A stretch of 64,000 bases of DNA from an uncultured delta proteobacterium (lineage in GTDB: Bacteria > Desulfobacterota > Desulfobacteria > Desulfobacterales > UBA2156), in assembly GCA_963736855.1 (NCBI GenBank), contig CAVTQK010000021.1, forward strand, positions 352,001-416,000. The letters run 5' to 3'. The translations under genes and the position numbers were made by a program. The stretch's first letter is position 1. The number at the start of each line of letters is the position of its first letter. The notes beneath the pieces were generated by a model that was given only the letters and a program-made list of their open reading frames with translations, did not search any database and was not told the DNA's origin. Of the stretch, positions 30,926 through 40,691 are shown one piece after another.

Positions 30926-32209
30926 TTGTTTGAGCAAATGATCGAAAGCGTTGCAAAAGAACTCCGAAAATATAATTGGGCGCGGCAAATATACCGTGTC
31001 ATCAAAGGAATAGACTTTTTATATTCCATCCCTCAGATTGTTCCGATCAAAATAATCAAGAGCCGCTTCCCTTTCAAAAGAATCAACCTGGTTATTCCAT
31101 CAATCAATAAGGAACATCTTTTCGGAGGAGCATCGACGGCACTGGATCTTTTTAACGCCATCGCAAACCAGCCACGAGAAAAATTTTCCACCCGGATTCT
31201 TTTAACGGATGCAGTACCAAACAGGGATGATCTTGAAAAATTTCCACACCACCATATGGTATCATCTGAAGAGGATTCGGATGGAGAACATCAAATTCTA
31301 CCGGTTGTCCATAAATATCAAAAAAATGTTTTTGTCGCCCCGAAGGATCGGTTTCTATCCACCTCATGGTGGACTGCCTATGCTACAATTCATATGGTTT
31401 CCCAACAATCTGCAGAAATGGGCCGGCAATGCAATCGAATGGGATATTTGATCCAGGATTATGAGCCTGGTTTTTATAACTGGTCCTCCCATTTTATTTT
31501 GGCAGAATCGACTTATAGGTCAAATGTTTTTACGATACCCATCTTTAACTCAACATTTTTGAGGGATTACTTCAACAGCAAAGGATACCGATTTGAAACA
31601 GAGTTCGTGTTTGAACCCAGATTAAACCCGGTTTTAAAACAATATTTAACTCTGGCTGAGAGGAATATCCGAGACAAAAAGATTTTAATCTACGGCAGGC
31701 CTTCAGTTTCAAGAAACTGCTTCACTTTGATTGTCGAAGCACTTAAAATCTGGTCAAGTTTAGAACCGAGTCTCAAGGAGTGGGAAGTGATCTCCATCGG
31801 TGAAAGTCATAAACCGGTTACACTGGGGAATGGAAAAGTGCTGAAATCTCTTGGCAAGCTTAGCTTAGAAGCATATGCGGAGCTTCTTTCCCGCAGCGCG
31901 ATAGGGCTTTCTTTGATGGTATCTCCGCATCCAAGTTATCCCCCACTTGAAATGGCTCATTTCGGTCTTTTAACGATTACGAACTCCTTTGCGAATAAAA
32001 ACCTTTCGCTGTGCCATGAAAATATTTTTTCTTTAGATAATCCTACGCCCGATCATATCGCAGAAGCCCTTTTATCGTCTATCCGACGATTTTCAAAAGA
32101 TCCTAATATCGGATTGAGGGGGAAAAGCAAAACCCCGGATTACTGTAACAACCCCGAGATGTTTCCATTTGCGGAAGTGCTTTCTAAAATTCTCTTTTCC
32201 ACCCTGTGA
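30926..32209 (+). CDS. WsaF-like rhamnosyltransferase
   Basis: RINLVIPSI...FGGASTA, WWTAY, YLIQDYEPGFY, LSLMVSPHPSYPPLEMA. Confidence 0.8.
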   Translation: MFEQMIESVAKELRKYNWARQIYRVIKGIDFLYSIPQIVPIKIIKSRFPFKRINLVIPSINKEHLFGGASTALDLFNAIANQPREKFSTRILLTDAVPNRDDLEKFPHHHMVSSEEDSDGEHQILPVVHKYQKNVFVAPKDRFLSTSWWTAYATIHMVSQQSAEMGRQCNRMGYLIQDYEPGFYNWSSHFILAESTYRSNVFTIPIFNSTFLRDYFNSKGYRFETEFVFEPRLNPVLKQYLTLAERNIRDKKILIYGRPSVSRNCFTLIVEALKIWSSLEPSLKEWEVISIGESHKPVTLGNGKVLKSLGKLSLEAYAELLSRSAIGLSLMVSPHPSYPPLEMAHFGLLTITNSFANKNLSLCHENIFSLDNPTPDHIAEALLSSIRRFSKDPNIGLRGKSKTPDYCNNPEMFPFAEVLSKILFSTL

Positions 32210-32218
32210 ACAAAGACT

Positions 32219-33235
32219 TTGAGCCGAGTTTCAGTCATTGTTTTAAATTACAACGGCAAACGGTTTTTAACATTTTGCCTGGATAACTTAATTCGGCAGA
32301 ATTATGGGGATATCACTATTTCGGTAGTTGATAACGGCTCCTCAGATGGATCTGTCGAATTTATCAAAAATCAATACCCTCATCTCAGGCTAATTTCTTT
32401 GAATTCGAATTTAGGTTTTTCAAAGGCAAACAACCGAATCATTCGATCCGGAACTGAGGAATATGTTGCCTTGCTCAATGCAGATGCAGTACCGGATTTA
32501 AACTGGATTCAGAAACTGATTGAAGCCATGGATGAATTTCCGGATGCGGGTTTTGCCGCTTCAAAAATGCTCTATTTCCATAAACCGGATATTATCGATC
32601 GGGCAGGCGACGGATATACACGTGCCGGAGTCGGATTACTTCGTGGACGCGGACAGCATATCTCGAATTACCAAAAGAAGGAATGGGTATTTGGCGCCTG
32701 CGCTGGAGGTGCGATTTACAGAAGATCCATGCTCAACCATATCGGATTGTTTGATGAGGATTTCTTTTTGCTTTATGAAGATGTAGATTTAAGTTTCAGA
32801 GCCCAACTATTTGGATATCAGTGTATTTATGTTCCGGAAGCGATGATTTTCCATATGGCCAGCGAAAGCATCGGTTACGACTCTCCTGTCTCGGTTTACT
32901 ATTCACATCGCAATTTGGAATGGACCTATTTTCAAAATATGCCTAAACAATTGATGCTCAGATCCATCCATCAGCACTCGTTTTACATTTTTTTGGCTTT
33001 TCTGTTTTTTTCTACAAAAGGACTCGCAACACCATTTTTAAAGGCCAAAATTGACGCTCTGAAAGGGCTTAAATCAACAATAAAAAAACGAAAAGAGATC
33101 CAACGAAATAAATCAGTAACCGATCGATACATTTGGTCTCTTCTTGAAAATGAGTACTACCTACCTCGGCTGAATCGAAGATTAAAGAAGCCGGCCCGGA
33201 AGGTGCATGACATTTATGAGGGCAACAGAAAGTGA
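32219..33235 (+). CDS. GT2 glycosyltransferase
   Basis: LNYNG, DNGSSD, LLNAD, FDEDFFLLYEDVDL. Confidence 0.9.
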   Translation: MSRVSVIVLNYNGKRFLTFCLDNLIRQNYGDITISVVDNGSSDGSVEFIKNQYPHLRLISLNSNLGFSKANNRIIRSGTEEYVALLNADAVPDLNWIQKLIEAMDEFPDAGFAASKMLYFHKPDIIDRAGDGYTRAGVGLLRGRGQHISNYQKKEWVFGACAGGAIYRRSMLNHIGLFDEDFFLLYEDVDLSFRAQLFGYQCIYVPEAMIFHMASESIGYDSPVSVYYSHRNLEWTYFQNMPKQLMLRSIHQHSFYIFLAFLFFSTKGLATPFLKAKIDALKGLKSTIKKRKEIQRNKSVTDRYIWSLLENEYYLPRLNRRLKKPARKVHDIYEGNRK

Positions 33236-35382
33236 AGACAGAACAAGTATCCATTGACACCATTATTGTAAATTATAACAGTACCGATTTCCTTTTAAAA
33301 TGTCTTGAATCGCTTTACAAAGACCTTGGAGATATTCCAGGGAAGGTTTTTATTCAAGATAACGCCTCAACGGATAACGTCGATCGGATTCTCGACCATT
33401 TTCCTCAGGCTGTTTTAAAGAAGAATGTAACGAATTTAGGCTTCTCAGCCGCAGTCAACCAAGCTCTAAAACAAAGCAAAGCCCCCTATGTCGTATTATT
33501 GAATCCGGATTCATTTATCATGGAAGGATTTTTCGAAGCCGTTTTAACTCATTTTATAGAAAATCCTTCCATAGGTATCCTTGGCCCGAAGATCCTGGAT
33601 AGCGATGGTAAGGTGCAAGGGTCTGCTCGCTCATTCCCGACTCCCCTGACAGCCTTTTTCGGGCGAAAATCTCTTTTTACCCGACTTTTTCCCAACAACC
33701 CCATTACCACGTCGAACGTGCTGACGATGCAAAGTGACGGCGTGACCCCCATGGAGGTGGACTGGGTATCCGGGGCATGCATGGTGGTCAGCCGGAAGGC
33801 CGTTGAAGCTGCAGGGTATCTGGATGAACGATTTTTTATCTACTGGGAAGACGCAGATTGGTGTCGGAGAATGTCCCAGGCAGGTTGGGAGGTCGTCTAC
33901 TTTCCGCGTGCCTGTGTGGTGCACTTTGTGGGGGTGAGCAGCGATCAATTGCTGGTACGATCCCTCTTTGAATTTCATAAAAGCGTCTATCTTCTTTTTG
34001 AAAAATACAGCCGGCCCTCCTCCTGGATCATGAAGGCGATGATCATCTCGGGCCTGTACTTCCGTTTTTGTTTTGTCATCATTTCCAGCGGAATCGCCTT
34101 GTGGATCCGAAAGCATCAGATACCGGCGCGTCACGCGATTGAGGCCTTCGTTCCGACTTTAACCCGGAAAATTCGGGTATTGCGTATGATTGCCCGCTTG
34201 AACATCGGTGGTCCTGCCATCCATGTTTATCTCCTCACCAAAGGGCTAAACGAGGAAAGGTTCGATTCCACCTTGGTCACCGGCATCATCTCGCCTCTGG
34301 AAGGAGATATGAGTTATCTTCTCAAATCGGATAACATGAAGACCATTGTAATCCCGGAACTTCAGCGGGAAATCAGCTTCAAGATGGATTTAAAAACCAT
34401 CGCTAAAATCTTCAGGGTTCTCATGTCCGAACGCCCGGACATTGTCCACACCCATACCGCCAAGGCCGGCACCAGTGCCCGGCTGGCTGCGCTGGCCTAT
34501 AATTTAATCAGAAGAAATTCTCTCCGGGTGGTCCACACGTTTCATGGGCATATTTTTGAAGGATATTTCAGCAAGGGAAAATCAATGTTTTTTGTCCTCA
34601 TCGAGCGTCTCCTGGCAAGAATCACCGATGCCATTATTGCCATCAGCAAGACCCAGAAAGAAGATCTGGTTGAAAAATACCGTATTGCCCCTGCTGAAAA
34701 AATCAAAACCGTGGAATTGGGTTTTGATCTTGAGCCCTTTCTGAATTCCGAGAATCTGAAGGGAAAATTCAGGCAGTCATTGGGTGTGTCAGAAGACGTG
34801 ACTCTCATCGGGATCATCGGAAGGCTTGTCCCGATCAAGAACCATGTTATGTTTTTAAAGGCGGCAAAGATCCTTTTAGACCGTAACCCTGAACGCAATC
34901 TTCTTTTCGTCGTGGTGGGTGATGGCGAATTACGCGAGGATCTGGAGCGCTTTTGTCAAAATCAGGGCCTTTCCAAACGTGTCCGCTTTTGCGGATGGAT
35001 CCGTGAAGTTTCTCAAGTGTACGCCGATCTGGACATCCTGGCGTTGACTTCCATCAATGAAGGGACGCCCGTTTCCATCATCGAAGCCATGGCCTCTTCA
35101 ATCCCGGTTGTCGCCACCGATGTAGGCGGCGTCCGAGATCTCCTTGGGAGACCACAAGATTCCGGGCAAATTGATGGATTGATGTTATGCGAACGAGGAA
35201 TTTTATGCAGAAACAAAGATGTTCTCGGCTTTGCTAAGGGACTGGATTATCTTCTCAAGAACCGGGAATCAGAAGGGCAGATGCGCGTTGCAAACGCCCG
35301 AGCCTTTGTCCGGGAACGGTTCGACCAGAAGCGGCTCCTGCAGGACATGGAAAGCCTGTATCTAGAACTCATGAACCTATAG
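33232..35382 (+). CDS. GT2-GT4 fusion glycosyltransferase
   Basis: N-terminal GT2 (LLNPD, DWVSGAC, YWEDAD); C-terminal GT4 (IARLNIGGPA, HTHTAKAG, EGTPVSIIEAMA). Confidence 0.9.
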   Translation: MKTEQVSIDTIIVNYNSTDFLLKCLESLYKDLGDIPGKVFIQDNASTDNVDRILDHFPQAVLKKNVTNLGFSAAVNQALKQSKAPYVVLLNPDSFIMEGFFEAVLTHFIENPSIGILGPKILDSDGKVQGSARSFPTPLTAFFGRKSLFTRLFPNNPITTSNVLTMQSDGVTPMEVDWVSGACMVVSRKAVEAAGYLDERFFIYWEDADWCRRMSQAGWEVVYFPRACVVHFVGVSSDQLLVRSLFEFHKSVYLLFEKYSRPSSWIMKAMIISGLYFRFCFVIISSGIALWIRKHQIPARHAIEAFVPTLTRKIRVLRMIARLNIGGPAIHVYLLTKGLNEERFDSTLVTGIISPLEGDMSYLLKSDNMKTIVIPELQREISFKMDLKTIAKIFRVLMSERPDIVHTHTAKAGTSARLAALAYNLIRRNSLRVVHTFHGHIFEGYFSKGKSMFFVLIERLLARITDAIIAISKTQKEDLVEKYRIAPAEKIKTVELGFDLEPFLNSENLKGKFRQSLGVSEDVTLIGIIGRLVPIKNHVMFLKAAKILLDRNPERNLLFVVVGDGELREDLERFCQNQGLSKRVRFCGWIREVSQVYADLDILALTSINEGTPVSIIEAMASSIPVVATDVGGVRDLLGRPQDSGQIDGLMLCERGILCRNKDVLGFAKGLDYLLKNRESEGQMRVANARAFVRERFDQKRLLQDMESLYLELMNL

Positions 35383-35412
35383 ATTCTTAGAAAACCTTTT
35401 TCGTATTTTACG

Positions 35413-36213
35413 ATGCAACTTTTTTCCTTCTTAGTACCTTTAAAGCACGCGTCCCTCATTTTCCGGCTCGCCAAACGTGAAGTTTCTTCCCGATACCGGG
35501 GGTCATTTTTAGGCTTGGCATGGTCGGTTATTACGCCGCTGGTGATGCTGAGTATCTACACTTTTATTTTCAGCCAGGTGTTCAAAATACGCTGGGGGTC
35601 TTTGGAGCAAGGAACCGGGGAATTTGCACTCAGGCTTTTTTCCGGGTTGATTGTATTCAACTTTTTTTCAGAGAATATCAACCGGGCGCCAAACCTCATC
35701 CTTGAAAACCCCTCTTACGTTAAGAAGGTAGTTTTCCCCTTGGAGATTCTCCCCATCACCGGAACATTGTCCGTGCTTTTCAATACATTGACTTCAATGC
35801 TGGTACTTGTGTTCGGGATTGTTGTAATAAAAAGAAGCTTGGGTTTTGGTGTTGTGTATCTCGTACCCATATGGATCTCACTGATGCTGGTCACTTGGGG
35901 GATCGGATGGTTTTTAGCCGGACTCGGCGTCTACCTAAGAGATTTGAGGCATGTCGTTTCCACAGGGTTGACCATTATGCTTTTTTTAAGCCCCATTTTT
36001 TATCCGGTGACCGCACTTCCCGCAGGGATGCGAAAGATAATTTATTTCAATCCCTTGACTTTCTTCATCGAACAAAATCGCAATATACTCATGGAAAATA
36101 AGCCTCCGGATCTTTTATATTTGGTCATTGCTATGATCGCTTCCTGTCTAACGGCCTCGGTAGGCTTTTGGTTGTTCGAAAAAATGAGGAAAGGGTTTCC
36201 CGATGTCCTTTGA
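35413..36213 (+). CDS. wzm: ABC-2 polysaccharide export permease
   Basis: RYRGSFLGLAWS, YVKKVVFP, FLSPIFYP, NPL. Confidence 0.9.
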   Translation: MQLFSFLVPLKHASLIFRLAKREVSSRYRGSFLGLAWSVITPLVMLSIYTFIFSQVFKIRWGSLEQGTGEFALRLFSGLIVFNFFSENINRAPNLILENPSYVKKVVFPLEILPITGTLSVLFNTLTSMLVLVFGIVVIKRSLGFGVVYLVPIWISLMLVTWGIGWFLAGLGVYLRDLRHVVSTGLTIMLFLSPIFYPVTALPAGMRKIIYFNPLTFFIEQNRNILMENKPPDLLYLVIAMIASCLTASVGFWLFEKMRKGFPDVL

Positions 36214-37456
36214 TGCGCCACTTAATGCAGGCGTGAATAGAGCACAGGGAAATCCGGAAACCCGGTATGCCGTCAGAACCGCCGGCCTTTCCAAAAAATA
36301 TCGCATTTACAACCAGCCCCGGGACCGCCTCTTCCAGATGTTTAATTTCACCCGGAAAAGGTTTTATTCGGAATTCTGGGCACTCAAAGATGTCAGCTTC
36401 ATGGTTCGACCCGGAGAGACTATCGGCATCGTGGGCCGGAACGGATCCGGAAAGACCACTCTGTTGCAGCTCATCTGCGGCACGTTGATCCCGACTTCCG
36501 GTTTTGTGGAGGTCAACGGTCGAACCGCTCCGCTTCTCGAGCTGGGATCCGGCTTTAATCCGGAATACAGCGGCTTGGAAAACGTGTATATAAACGGTGC
36601 GATTCTGGGGATGAGCACCGAAGAGATCGAATCGAAACTGGAATCGATTTTAGCGTTTGCGAATATCGGGGAGTTTGTACACCGTCCGGTAAAAATATAC
36701 TCCAGTGGCATGTATGTGCGTTTAGCCTTTGCCGTCGCCATCCACACGGATCCTCAGATTCTGATCATAGACGAAATCCTGACGGTGGGGGATGCGGCCT
36801 TCCAGCGGAAATGCATCCAGCGTTTCTATGAACTCCGAAGCAGGGGCTGCACCATTCTTTTCGTTTCCCATGATGCTTACCAGGTCAAAGCCATATGCCA
36901 AAAGGCTCTCTATTTATCCCAGGGACACGCAGTCGTTTACGGCGACTCTCATGAGGTCGTGGATCGCTACGTAGAAGATTTGCAAAAATCCGAATCCGAA
37001 CCGGAGTCCACCGAATCCTTGCGAGCAACGGCCTCTAAACCCCCCTTGCAAATCTCACGGGTTTGCATTGAAAATACCGAAGGTCGAGCCGTCGACCAAA
37101 TTAAAAGCGGTGAAACCCTGTTCCTTATTTTTCAATACGAACGACTCGATAAAGGTTTTAACGAAGAGATTTCTTTTGTCTTCAACCTCTACCGCCAGGA
37201 TGGAACTTATATCTGCGGGGCCACCACCCTGATGGAACATCTGCCCCCGGTATCGGTTCAGGATAAAGGGGAAGTTTCGATCTGTTTTCCGGAATTGTCG
37301 CTTACCGCAGGCTCTTACATGTGGCGGGTGGCCATCAATGATGCGGGAGGCATGATGGTGCATGCCCAGGCCAGGTATGTCTCTCCTTTTCGAGTGGTGG
37401 ACGATTTTCGGTCGGTGGGAATCGTGGATCTGAAGCGGACATGGTCTTTTCGATAA
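36203..37456 (+). CDS. wzt: ABC polysaccharide export ATPase with C-terminal carbohydrate-binding domain
   Basis: GRNGSGKT, YSSGMYVRLAF, DEIL, VSHD, plus about 150-aa Wzt_C-like extension. Confidence 0.9.
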   Translation: MSFDAPLNAGVNRAQGNPETRYAVRTAGLSKKYRIYNQPRDRLFQMFNFTRKRFYSEFWALKDVSFMVRPGETIGIVGRNGSGKTTLLQLICGTLIPTSGFVEVNGRTAPLLELGSGFNPEYSGLENVYINGAILGMSTEEIESKLESILAFANIGEFVHRPVKIYSSGMYVRLAFAVAIHTDPQILIIDEILTVGDAAFQRKCIQRFYELRSRGCTILFVSHDAYQVKAICQKALYLSQGHAVVYGDSHEVVDRYVEDLQKSESEPESTESLRATASKPPLQISRVCIENTEGRAVDQIKSGETLFLIFQYERLDKGFNEEISFVFNLYRQDGTYICGATTLMEHLPPVSVQDKGEVSICFPELSLTAGSYMWRVAINDAGGMMVHAQARYVSPFRVVDDFRSVGIVDLKRTWSFR

Positions 37457-37494
37457 AGAAATCGGTAAATGAAAGAAGCTGAATAAGAAAAGTC

Positions 37495-39510
37495 ATGGAA
37501 CGGTTGGAATTTCAGGCAAATCCGAATAATCCCATGGAGTTGAGCAATCATGTGGCGCGCTATTTCCTTTTGGCTGAGCACGTCAAAGGGCGCCGGATCC
37601 TGGACATCGCATGCGGGGAAGGGTGGGGCAGCTATCTGATGGCCAAAAAGTGGGGAGCCGATTTTGTGCATGCCGTGGACCGATCTTGTGCGGCCATTCA
37701 GGAAGCGGAGAAGAGATTTCATCTTCCCAACATTGAATGGTCCGTCATGGATGCCGAGAGCCTTAACCCATCTGATTTTAAGCTCCCCTTTGACGTGGTG
37801 GTCAGCATTGAAACTTTAGAGCATCTCAATGACCCAGAAGCCTTCCTTAGGATCATCTCTCGTCTCATCCGCCCAGGAGGGCTGATCCTGATTTCCTGCC
37901 CCAATGACCGGTGGTTTTACGGTCCCGGAAAGTCCAAGAACCCCTATCACGTCCGAACCTATTCTTTTTTTCAGTTCAAGGAATTGACCGAAAGCGTTTT
38001 GGGTCCGGCATCAATATATTTTTTAGGGACAAAGGCGGATGGATTTGCGATAATTCCGGTGGACGCTGCTGAAGATACACCCCTCGACATGATTAGCGCT
38101 TTGGAAGGATTGGGAAGTATTCGTGCCGTGAAGGTCTCAGCGAACCCGCAGCTTACCGTCGATTCCGAGCATGCCTTATATTTTATGGGTGTCTGGGGTC
38201 CGTCCCCTCCGGATCCTGTTTTCGCTGTTACCGCCATTCACCCGGAGAAGCGTTTTTTCCTGGATCACCTGCGACCGTTAGGCATGGATGTCCATGGCCC
38301 CAAGAAAAAGATCACCCTGGTGGCCGACACTCCGGGATGGGCTTATGACAACATCAGCCGGAATATCCACAAGTATCTCGGCGACCTTTTCGATATCCGA
38401 ATCGTGCACGTGGTGGACTACAAGGATTATCATGCCGCATTTCTCGATCTTTTCTGCTTAAATACAACCGACCATGTCCACTTTTTCTGGCGAGAATATC
38501 TTTTTGCCATGCTCCAAAGCCTTTCCGCAAAAACGATTAACGCATCTATCCCCTTGGAACAGGCCATTGATCGGTTTTGTGAAAAAAGCATCACCTTCTC
38601 CATTTATGACCATCTTTATCTTAGTGATGAAGAAATCGAGGCACGCCAGAGTCTTTTTGCCGTTACGGATGCTTACAGCGTCAGTTCCCGGCGTTTGTCT
38701 GAAATCTATCAGAAACGGTTCCAAATTATTCCGGATGTCATTATCGAAGATGGTGTGGATCTCGACCTTTTTAAGCCTCAACACCTGGATCGATTACAGG
38801 AGACCGGACGGGACTTGGTGGTGGGTTGGTCCGGAAACAGCCGATGGCATCTCACCGATACCGAAGATCCCAAGGGACTGCACACCATCCTCAAGCCTGC
38901 GATTAAACACCTTCAGGATCAGGGAGTTTCCATTCAGGGACGATATGCCGACGTATCGGAAAAGATCCGGCCCAGGTCCGAAATGCCGGAGTTTTACAAC
39001 AGCCTCGATGTTCTGGTTTGTGCGTCGGCTATTGAAGGAACGCCCAATCCGGTCCTGGAAGCCATGGCCTGCGGCGTCCCTATTTTATCGACGGATGTGG
39101 GGATTATTCCTCAGCTTCTCGGTCCCAGGCAGCAGCAATTCATCCTGTCCGAACGCTCGGTGGAGGCGATGGTGGAAAAGCTTTCCCTCCTGGCCCAAAA
39201 TCGAACGATTTTAACCGAACTTTCCATCGAAAATCTCGAGCAGATTCGACATTGGACCTGGGAACACCATATGACCAAATGGATGCTCCTGTTCAAGACA
39301 GCTTCTCTTCGCCATGATACCCGGGCCATGCATCGAAAAAAGCGGTTTCTGAAAAGTTATATGAAAACGGAATCGATGCTCAAAGGGCCCAGCCCCAAGG
39401 ATCATCTAAAAAAGGTGGCCTACCGGATCCATCCGGATACCCTTTTCTGGCGAAACTTGAAAAATCGGGTACTCAAACCTTATTACAAAATCCGCAGAAT
39501 CTGGCCATGA
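37495..39510 (+). CDS. Methyltransferase-GT4 fusion (putative glycan chain terminator/polymerase)
   Basis: HVARY, LDIACGEGWG, ETLEH, NPYHVR; C-terminal EGTPNPVLEAMACG. Confidence 0.8.
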   Translation: MERLEFQANPNNPMELSNHVARYFLLAEHVKGRRILDIACGEGWGSYLMAKKWGADFVHAVDRSCAAIQEAEKRFHLPNIEWSVMDAESLNPSDFKLPFDVVVSIETLEHLNDPEAFLRIISRLIRPGGLILISCPNDRWFYGPGKSKNPYHVRTYSFFQFKELTESVLGPASIYFLGTKADGFAIIPVDAAEDTPLDMISALEGLGSIRAVKVSANPQLTVDSEHALYFMGVWGPSPPDPVFAVTAIHPEKRFFLDHLRPLGMDVHGPKKKITLVADTPGWAYDNISRNIHKYLGDLFDIRIVHVVDYKDYHAAFLDLFCLNTTDHVHFFWREYLFAMLQSLSAKTINASIPLEQAIDRFCEKSITFSIYDHLYLSDEEIEARQSLFAVTDAYSVSSRRLSEIYQKRFQIIPDVIIEDGVDLDLFKPQHLDRLQETGRDLVVGWSGNSRWHLTDTEDPKGLHTILKPAIKHLQDQGVSIQGRYADVSEKIRPRSEMPEFYNSLDVLVCASAIEGTPNPVLEAMACGVPILSTDVGIIPQLLGPRQQQFILSERSVEAMVEKLSLLAQNRTILTELSIENLEQIRHWTWEHHMTKWMLLFKTASLRHDTRAMHRKKRFLKSYMKTESMLKGPSPKDHLKKVAYRIHPDTLFWRNLKNRVLKPYYKIRRIWP

Positions 39511-40670
39511 TATCGGGAAGGGGCTGTCAAGACTCGATCCGAATCCTGCATCTCATCACCACTTTGGATGTGGGCGGCGCCGAGGTGATGCTGATGCGTC
39601 TTCTTACCGCCCTGGATCCAAACTTGTTTTCCAGTCGGGTCGTCTGCATGGCCGGCCCCGGAGAAATCGGCGAACAAATTGGCTTGTTGGGGATACCGGT
39701 TTCCTATCTGGACTTTCAGCGTGGACGTATCGCACTTTTCGGTATCTTCAAGTGGTTTAAGATTTTGCGCGAATACCGACCTGCGATCATTCAGGCATGG
39801 ATGTATCACGCCAACCTCCTGGCACTTTCTGCGCCTCTTGCGGTCGGCAGTGCCCGGGTTTTCTGGAATATCCAGGCTTCCGGAAGAGATCCCTCAGGAT
39901 TCAAGGCGCTGACACGGGGAGTAATACGGGCCTGCAGCCGTCTTTCCGCTTTTCCGGAGGCTGTCATTGTTAATTCGAAAAAAGGCCTGGCAGACCATTG
40001 CCGCATGGGATATCGGCCCGGGAATCTGAATTATATCCCTAACGGGTTTGATGTAAATTTATATTTGCCCCTTAAACCCGAGATCCGCAGACGGATTCGA
40101 CAAATCCTCGGGATCAACGACGAAACCCCTTGTGTGGGCATGTTCGCCCGATACCACCCCATCAAGGATCATTTCACGGCTTTGTTGGCAGCCCGTGGAG
40201 TGCAGGAAAGCGGTTTAAGAACGCATTTTTTCTTTGCCGGCGCTGGTGTAGACCATCACAACACCGCCCTTTGCCGCCTGATTTCGAGGCTGGGTCTGGA
40301 ATCTTCGGCGCACCTTCTGGGATACCGGAAAGATGTCGCCTCCCTCATGGCCGCCATGGACACGGTGATCTCATGTTCCCATAGTGAGGGGCTTTCCAAT
40401 GTCATCGGAGAGGCCATGGCCGCAGGTGTTCCGTGCGTGGTCACGGATGTGGGGGATTCCGCCCTGGTGGTGGGTGACACCGGAAAAACGGTCAGACCTC
40501 ATGATCCCGAAGCCCTGGCCAAGGCCCTTCTGGAAATTCTCCGAATGCCCGCGGATGAAAGAAAGGCCCTGGGGGGAAAAGCCAGGGCCCGGATTCAGCT
40601 TCATTATACCATCGAAAAAGTGGCGGACACCTATTCGCAATTGTACCAAAAGGCCACAACCAAAAAATAA
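39507..40670 (+). CDS. GT4 glycosyltransferase
   Basis: LDVGGAE, WMYHAN, IPNGFD, EGLSNVIGEAMAAG. Confidence 0.9.
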   Translation: MISGRGCQDSIRILHLITTLDVGGAEVMLMRLLTALDPNLFSSRVVCMAGPGEIGEQIGLLGIPVSYLDFQRGRIALFGIFKWFKILREYRPAIIQAWMYHANLLALSAPLAVGSARVFWNIQASGRDPSGFKALTRGVIRACSRLSAFPEAVIVNSKKGLADHCRMGYRPGNLNYIPNGFDVNLYLPLKPEIRRRIRQILGINDETPCVGMFARYHPIKDHFTALLAARGVQESGLRTHFFFAGAGVDHHNTALCRLISRLGLESSAHLLGYRKDVASLMAAMDTVISCSHSEGLSNVIGEAMAAGVPCVVTDVGDSALVVGDTGKTVRPHDPEALAKALLEILRMPADERKALGGKARARIQLHYTIEKVADTYSQLYQKATTKK

Positions 40671-40691
40671 GCCTTCGGGTAAGGAAGTCCA

